32,000 nt of DNA, from assembly GCA_000091165.1 (NCBI GenBank), contig FP565575.1, forward strand, positions 2,550,001 to 2,582,000. Direction: 5' to 3'. The notes under the pieces are model-generated. The model saw nothing but the letters and a program-made list of their open reading frames with translations. It was not told the origin of the DNA and did no database searches. Below are positions 27,148-32,000 of the stretch, piece after piece. A program made the position numbers and the translations under genes. Source of the DNA: Candidatus Methylomirabilis oxygeniifera. Its GTDB lineage: Bacteria; Methylomirabilota; Methylomirabilia; Methylomirabilales; Methylomirabilaceae. Numbering within the stretch: the stretch's first letter is position 1; the number at the start of each line of letters is the position of its first letter.

Positions 27148-28110
27148 ATGGACCGGAACCTGGCGCTTGAGTTGGTGCGGGCGACTGAGATGGCTGCCAT
27201 TTCGTCGGCTCGCTGGATGGGACTGGGTAATCCGAGCGCGGCTGAACAGGCTGCGATTGACGCCATGCGCCACGCGTTCGACAATGTGAGCTTCAGGGGT
27301 TCCATCGTGATCGGAAAGGGCGAGCGCGGTACGGCCCCAACTCTCTATGTCGGAGAGGTCCTTGGCCAGGGCGACGCCCCCGAGGTGGACATAGCACTTG
27401 ACGCCGTTGAAAGCGGGGCGATCGTGGCTCATGGCCGTCCGAATGCCATCTCAGTCATTGCCGCCGCCGAGAAGGGATTGCTGCGCCAAGTGCCGGATGC
27501 CCACATGGAAAAGATCGCGGTTGGGCCCAAGGCGGCCGGCGCGATCGATATCACTGCTCCCCCCGAGAAGAATCTTCGGGCCATTGCTGAAGCGATGAAC
27601 TGTTCTGTCGAAGATATTACGGTGGTCATCCTTGACCGACCCCGTCATGCCGACCTGGTGAGACAGATCCGTGGAATCGGTGCGCGCATTAAACTGATTC
27701 AGGATGGCGACCTCGCTGCCACCGTGGCTGTGGCATTTGAAGGAACAGGTGTCGATGTCCTTATGGGGGTCGGAGGGGCGCGAGAAGGTGCGCTTGCGGC
27801 GACGGCGCTTCAGTGTATTGGAGGCGACATGCAGGGTCGCCTGAAGCCGCTGACGGAGGAGGAGGCGGAGCAAGCGCTGAGAATGGGGATCCGGGATCTG
27901 GACCGGGTCTTTACGATCTCCGATCTGACCGGAGGGGGAGATCTCGACATCATGTTTGCCGCAACCGGGGTGACCGATGGTGATCTCCTGAAGGGAGTTC
28001 GTTTCTTCGGTGGGGGCGCCCAGACCCACTCCCTCGTCATGCGCTCGAGGTCCGCAACCGTCCGCTTCATCGAATCAACCCACCGTTTCGACCGGAAGAC
28101 GGTTTCATAG
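27148..28110 (+). CDS. glpX: Class II fructose-1,6-bisphosphatase (GlpX)
   Basis: MDRNLALELVRATEMAAISSARWMGLGNPSAAEQAAIDAMR, GKGERGTAPTLYVGE, VDVLMGVGGAREGALAATALQCIGGDMQGRL. Confidence 0.97.
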   Translation: MDRNLALELVRATEMAAISSARWMGLGNPSAAEQAAIDAMRHAFDNVSFRGSIVIGKGERGTAPTLYVGEVLGQGDAPEVDIALDAVESGAIVAHGRPNAISVIAAAEKGLLRQVPDAHMEKIAVGPKAAGAIDITAPPEKNLRAIAEAMNCSVEDITVVILDRPRHADLVRQIRGIGARIKLIQDGDLAATVAVAFEGTGVDVLMGVGGAREGALAATALQCIGGDMQGRLKPLTEEEAEQALRMGIRDLDRVFTISDLTGGGDLDIMFAATGVTDGDLLKGVRFFGGGAQTHSLVMRSRSATVRFIESTHRFDRKTVS

Positions 28111-28133
28111 GCCCGCATTGAGCATCGCGTTAA

Positions 28134-28168
28134 TTAGCCTTCAGCCTTCAGCCTTCAACCTTCAGCTC
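28134..28168 (-). repeat. Heptad array, 5 units of TCAGCNN type
   Basis: TTAGCCT TCAGCCT TCAGCCT TCAACCT TCAGCTC, ending 5 bp before the hisS ATG. Confidence 0.85.
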
Positions 28169-28173
28169 TCCGC

Positions 28174-29433
28174 ATGAAACTAAAGGGTGTACGAGGGGCG
28201 CCGGATCTCTTACCTCAGGAGTCCGCAAGATGGCAGCGCGCAGAAGCGACAACCCGCTCGCTGCTGCAACGGTACGGCTACGCGGAAATCCGGACCCCTG
28301 CCTTCGAACGAACAGAGCTGTTTGTTCGCGGTATCGGTGAAGGAACCGACATTGTTGAGAAAGAGATGTATACCTTTACCGACCAGGGTGACGTCAGCCT
28401 CACGCTCCGGCCCGAAGGAACCGCACCGGTTGTCAGAGCCTACCTCGAACATCAAATAGCCGCTCAGTGTCCCCTGGTCAAGGTCTACTACCTGGGCCCG
28501 ATGTTCCGTCGGGAACGGCCGCAATCCGGACGATACCGGCAGTTCCACCAGATCGGCGTCGAGGCGATCGGCTCCGACCAGCCGACGGTGGATGCGGAGG
28601 TGATCGATCTCCTGTGGGCGCTCATGGTGCAGGAGTTCCGGATTCCCGATCTACAGCTTCGCCTCAACTCAATCGGCGATGCCGCCTGTCGGCCCACGAT
28701 CCGGGATCGCCTCTCTCGCTATATGGCGGATCGGTCGTCGGAGCTCTGTCCGGATTGTCAGGGGAGGCTGAAGCGCAATCCGCTCCGGATTATGGACTGC
28801 AAGCAGGAGGGCTGTCAGCGCCTGGTCGCGGAGGCGCCGAAGCCGCTTGAGAGCCTCTGTGAAGCCTGCGCCGCGCATTTTGCTGAGGTTCGGGGTCTGC
28901 TGGATCTTCTGAAGATCCCCTATACCATCGATGAGCGACTGGTCCGCGGCCTTGAATATTATACGAAAACGGCCTTCGAGATGATCAACCCTCGCCTCGG
29001 CGCTCAGAATGCCTTGGCCGGCGGCGGACGCTATGACGGCCTGATCGAATCGATGGGTGGACCCTCTACCCCGGCGATGGGGTTCGCAGTGGGGTTGGAG
29101 CGAGTCATGGCCTCGCTTCCGGAGACCTCGGAGGAGAGCGCCCTGCATGGGGTCTACGTTGCTACTATAGGGCAGGCGGCGCAGCGGACCGGGATGGGGC
29201 TCCTGCAGGAACTGCGTCGTCGCGGCATACGGGGTCTGATGGACCTCGAGGCGCGCAGCCTCAAGGGCCAGATGCGCCAGGCCAATAAGGAGCGGGTTCG
29301 CTACTGCCTGATCATGGGCGATGAAGAGCTCGGGCGAGGCCAGACGACGCTGCGGGATATGGTCAAGGCCGACCAGACTTCCGTGGCGCTGGATCGGATT
29401 GTCGAATGCCTGATTGGACTGGAGGGGATATGA
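28174..29433 (+). CDS. hisS: Histidyl-tRNA synthetase
   Basis: GAPDLLP, TPAFERTELFVRGIGEGTDIVEKEMYTFTDQGD...LRPEGTAPVVRAYLEH, GPMFRRERPQSGRYRQFHQIGVEAIG. Confidence 0.98.
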   Translation: MKLKGVRGAPDLLPQESARWQRAEATTRSLLQRYGYAEIRTPAFERTELFVRGIGEGTDIVEKEMYTFTDQGDVSLTLRPEGTAPVVRAYLEHQIAAQCPLVKVYYLGPMFRRERPQSGRYRQFHQIGVEAIGSDQPTVDAEVIDLLWALMVQEFRIPDLQLRLNSIGDAACRPTIRDRLSRYMADRSSELCPDCQGRLKRNPLRIMDCKQEGCQRLVAEAPKPLESLCEACAAHFAEVRGLLDLLKIPYTIDERLVRGLEYYTKTAFEMINPRLGAQNALAGGGRYDGLIESMGGPSTPAMGFAVGLERVMASLPETSEESALHGVYVATIGQAAQRTGMGLLQELRRRGIRGLMDLEARSLKGQMRQANKERVRYCLIMGDEELGRGQTTLRDMVKADQTSVALDRIVECLIGLEGI

Positions 29434-31211
29434 GCGCGAGCGTGGGGCGCCTCAAACGGACGGGGCACTGCGGTCTGTTGCGATCGCCTGATGTGGGGAA
29501 GTCTGTTGTGCTGATGGGCTGGGTGCATCGGCGACGTGACCATGGCGGCCTCGTCTTTATCGATCTTCGGGATCGCGAAGGGATTACCCAGACGGTCTTT
29601 AACCCCGAGTTTCATCCGGAGGCCCACGAGGTGGCCCGACGGATGCGTGCCGAATTTGTGGTAGCGATCAGCGGCAGGGTTCAGCTACGTCCGCCGGGAA
29701 CCGAGAATACTCTGCTGCCCACCGGGGCGATTGAGATCGTTGCGGAAGAGGCGCAGATTCTGAACGAAGCCAAGCCGCCGGTCTTCCCGATTGAGGAGCA
29801 GACAGATGTGGCTGAGGAGATTCGGCTGACATATCGATACTTGGATCTCCGTCGCCCGTCGATGCTGTACAATCTGCGCCTGCGTCACAAGGTGACCCAG
29901 GCGGCCCACAGCTATCTGGACCGACACGGATTTATAGAGGTAGAAACCCCTATGCTGACCCGGAGTACGCCGGAAGGGGCCAGAGACTATCTCGTGCCAA
30001 GCCGACTGAACCCCGGGGAGTTCTACGCCCTGCCGCAGTCGCCCCAGCTCTTCAAGCAGCTTCTCATGGTCGCGGGGATCGATCGGTACTATCAGATCGT
30101 CAAATGCTTTCGGGATGAGGATCTGCGAGCCGACCGGCAACCGGAGTTTACGCAGATCGACCTTGAGATGTCGTTTGTCGATCGGGACGATGTGCTCGAG
30201 GTAACGGAAGGGCTGGTAGTGGCGCTCTTTGAAGCGGCCGGCAAATCTTCTCTGCCCCGGCCCTTCCCGCGACTGACGTATGCCGAGGCGATCGACCGGT
30301 TCGGTCTCGATACGCCGGACACTCGATTCGGGATGGAGCTTGCCGATCTGACCGAGCTATTGTGCGGGGTCGAGGCTAAGGCGTTCGCCGAGCCGATTGC
30401 GCAAGGCGGTGTGGTGAGGGGGATGAACGTTAAAGGGTGCGGCGCATTCTCCAGGACGCAGATCGATGGACTGGTCGACTACGCCAAGGGAGTTGGAGCG
30501 AAAGGCCTGGCCTGGTTCAAGGTGTCCGCGGATGGGCTTCAATCGCCGTTGGCCAAATTCCTCGGGCCGATCATCCTCGAACGCCTGGCTGAGCGACTGA
30601 AAGGGGAGGAGGGGGATCTGCTGTTGCTGGTCGCTGATCAGGCCAAGACGGCGGCTGAGACACTGGGTCGTCTTCGAGTGAAATTGGGCCACGAACTGAA
30701 GCTGATCGACGAGAGCGCGCTGGCGGTCACGTGGGTCATCGACTTCCCGCTCCTTGAATATGATCGCGAGCAAGGGCGGTGGCAGGCGATGCATCACCCC
30801 TTTACGGCGCCGATGGACGAGGATCTGCCGCTCTTTGACACCGATCCCGGACGAATCCGCGCCAAGGCCTATGACCTGGTTGTCAACGGGCAGGAGCTGG
30901 GTGGTGGCAGCATCAGGATCCACCGCCGGGACGTGCAGAGCCGGATGTTCGCCGCGCTGGGAATCGGCGCGGAAGAGGCAAGGGCGAAGTTCGGGTTTCT
31001 CATGGACGCACTCGAGTACGGCGCTCCACCCCATGGCGGGCTGGCCTTCGGGTTCGATCGAGTCATCGCGCTGCTCGCGGGGGCTGCCTCGATCCGGGAT
31101 GTTATCGCCTTCCCCAAGACCCAAAAAGCGGTGGACCTGATGACGCAAGCCCCCTCGCCGGTCGACGCAAGGCAGTTGAGGGAGCTGAGCATCAAATTGG
31201 ATCTGGACTGA
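29430..31211 (+). CDS. aspS: Aspartyl-tRNA synthetase (bacterial type, with GAD-like insertion)
   Basis: GWVHRRRDHGGLVFIDLRDREGITQ, RYLDLRRPSM, LPQSPQLFKQLLMVAGIDRYYQIVKCFRDEDLRADRQPEFTQID, GLAFGFDRVIALL; ATG at 29430 overlaps the hisS stop, GGAGGGG upstream. Confidence 0.98.
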   Translation: MSASVGRLKRTGHCGLLRSPDVGKSVVLMGWVHRRRDHGGLVFIDLRDREGITQTVFNPEFHPEAHEVARRMRAEFVVAISGRVQLRPPGTENTLLPTGAIEIVAEEAQILNEAKPPVFPIEEQTDVAEEIRLTYRYLDLRRPSMLYNLRLRHKVTQAAHSYLDRHGFIEVETPMLTRSTPEGARDYLVPSRLNPGEFYALPQSPQLFKQLLMVAGIDRYYQIVKCFRDEDLRADRQPEFTQIDLEMSFVDRDDVLEVTEGLVVALFEAAGKSSLPRPFPRLTYAEAIDRFGLDTPDTRFGMELADLTELLCGVEAKAFAEPIAQGGVVRGMNVKGCGAFSRTQIDGLVDYAKGVGAKGLAWFKVSADGLQSPLAKFLGPIILERLAERLKGEEGDLLLLVADQAKTAAETLGRLRVKLGHELKLIDESALAVTWVIDFPLLEYDREQGRWQAMHHPFTAPMDEDLPLFDTDPGRIRAKAYDLVVNGQELGGGSIRIHRRDVQSRMFAALGIGAEEARAKFGFLMDALEYGAPPHGGLAFGFDRVIALLAGAASIRDVIAFPKTQKAVDLMTQAPSPVDARQLRELSIKLDLD

Positions 31212-31228
31212 AAAGCAGCGTTGAACTG

Positions 31229-31256
31229 TTAGCCTTCAGCTTTCAGCAATAAGCCG
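31229..31256 (-). repeat. Heptad array, 4 units of TCAGCNN type
   Basis: TTAGCCT TCAGCTT TCAGCAA TAAGCCG in 7-bp phase, just after aspS. Confidence 0.75.
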
Positions 31257-31290
31257 ATCGCTGGCTGCCGGCGGCTCACTGCTGTCGCTG

Positions 31291-31319
31291 TTGACAGGGC
31301 TACGTGACCGGCATATGCT
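31291..31319 (+). promoter_or_regulatory. Sigma70-type promoter upstream of phoH: TTGACA - N17 - TATGCT
   Basis: Consensus -35 at 31291-31296, 4/6 -10 at 31314-31319, 17-bp spacing. Confidence 0.65.
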
Positions 31320-31342
31320 GAATGTAGATCAAGGAGCGGCTT

Positions 31343-31363
31343 ATAGCTGTCAGCCTTCAGCGG
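31343..31363 (-). repeat. Heptad array, 3 units (ATAGCTG TCAGCCT TCAGCGG)
   Basis: AGC in strict 7-bp phase; opposite orientation to the array at 31381. Confidence 0.6.
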
Positions 31364-31380
31364 CAAGAGGGTTGTATGTT

Positions 31381-31415
31381 GCTGATCGCTGAGAGCTGAA
31401 CGCTGAATGATGAGT
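31381..31415 (+). repeat. Heptad array, 5 units of GCTGANN type
   Basis: GCTGATC GCTGAGA GCTGAAC GCTGAAT GATGAGT in strict 7-bp phase, 14 bp before the phoH start. Confidence 0.85.
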
Positions 31416-31429
31416 AGCGAAGTGGGGAG

Positions 31430-32000
31430 ATGATAAGGGAGCAGATTCGACCGGAAAAGAAGGTCTCCCTGCCTATCGGGGAAGAGATCCAACAACTGTT
31501 TGGGCGTAAGGATGAGGTCAGGAAGCTCATCGAAGAGGCGTTACAGGTCAAGTTGGTTGCGCGAGACGGCCTCGTCAGCATCCAGGGCGAGGCGGCAGAT
31601 GTGACGGTGGGGGAGCAGGTTGTATCGGAGCTGATCTCACAACTGACGCGCGGCGAGCGCGTGACACCGCAGGACGTCAAACTGGTCCTTCGGCTCTTTA
31701 TGAGGAAAGACGAGGAGGAGTTCAAGCGAATCCAGGGTGAGGTGATCGAGGTTTCGTCAAAAAAGCGGCCGGTCCGGCCAAAAGGTCCCGGCCAGCGATG
31801 GTACATCGAGGCAATCCGCCATCACGACATTGTCTTCGCCATCGGGCCGGCCGGGACCGGCAAGACCTATCTGGCGATGGCGATGGCTGTGTCGGCGCTC
31901 TTAAAACACGAGGTCAATCGGATTATCCTGACCAGGCCCGCCGTAGAAGCGGGGGAAAAATTAGGTTTTCTTCCCGGCACGCTCTACGAAAAGATTAACC
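31430..32000 (+). CDS. phoH: PhoH family ATPase/PhoH-like protein (3' end outside window)
   Basis: Manual translation from the ATG at 31430: MIREQIRPEKKVSLPIGEEIQQLFG...IEAIRHHDIVFAIGPAGTGKTYLAMAMAVSALLKHEVNRIILTRPAVEAGEKLGFLPG, classic PhoH. Confidence 0.93.
   Translation, partial: MIREQIRPEKKVSLPIGEEIQQLFGRKDEVRKLIEEALQVKLVARDGLVSIQGEAADVTVGEQVVSELISQLTRGERVTPQDVKLVLRLFMRKDEEEFKRIQGEVIEVSSKKRPVRPKGPGQRWYIEAIRHHDIVFAIGPAGTGKTYLAMAMAVSALLKHEVNRIILTRPAVEAGEKLGFLPGTLYEKIN

Noticed and set aside
30357-31148. 263-aa antisense ORF opposite aspS
   Set aside because: Same codon-shadow artefact; the plus strand is a clear AspRS.
31229-31415. Possible CRISPR-like array from repeated TCAGC/GCTGA units
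   Set aside because: Units are 7 bp and contiguous with no spacers; they are short heptad repeats, not CRISPR.

Overview
This 32 kb window is a chromosomal segment with a high GC content. Gene order and protein style suggest a Methylomirabilota (NC10) or deltaproteobacteria-like genome, but that placement is tentative. Most of it is conserved housekeeping content. In order: parA(partial)-parB, a near-consensus parS 8 bp after parB, a DUF4013-like membrane protein, a cysteine desulfurase, mnmA, and an ATP synthase operon (atpI-like, atpF, atpH, atpA, atpG, atpD, atpC; no atpB or atpE between atpI and atpF). Then aroF, a truncated RelE/HigB-type toxin remnant, ridA, uvrC, a small charged ORF, typA, an FKBP lipoprotein, a small Cys-rich ORF, thrB, proC, a YggT family gene and a DUF167 gene. 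After the accessory island come glpX, hisS, aspS and phoH(partial). The least ordinary part is the island at about 20.6-26.8 kb. It holds a five-gene overlapping minus-strand cluster (GT4 glycosyltransferase, PqqD/RRE-domain protein with a distinctive C-terminal tail, HprK-like P-loop kinase, GT2 glycosyltransferase, nucleotidyltransferase-like protein) and a divergent second nucleotidyltransferase. It resembles the HprK/PqqD accessory modules seen near exosortase or lasso-peptide systems, but no cyclase, protease or exosortase is visible. A second pattern that gene annotation does not explain is a family of intergenic arrays with strict 7-bp periodicity (GCTGANN/NNTCAGC) at seven places. There is also a related CCCTANN/AGGGTNN type; one copy forms a canonical G-quadruplex motif immediately upstream of the TTG start of atpG. 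No tRNA, rRNA or CRISPR array was found.
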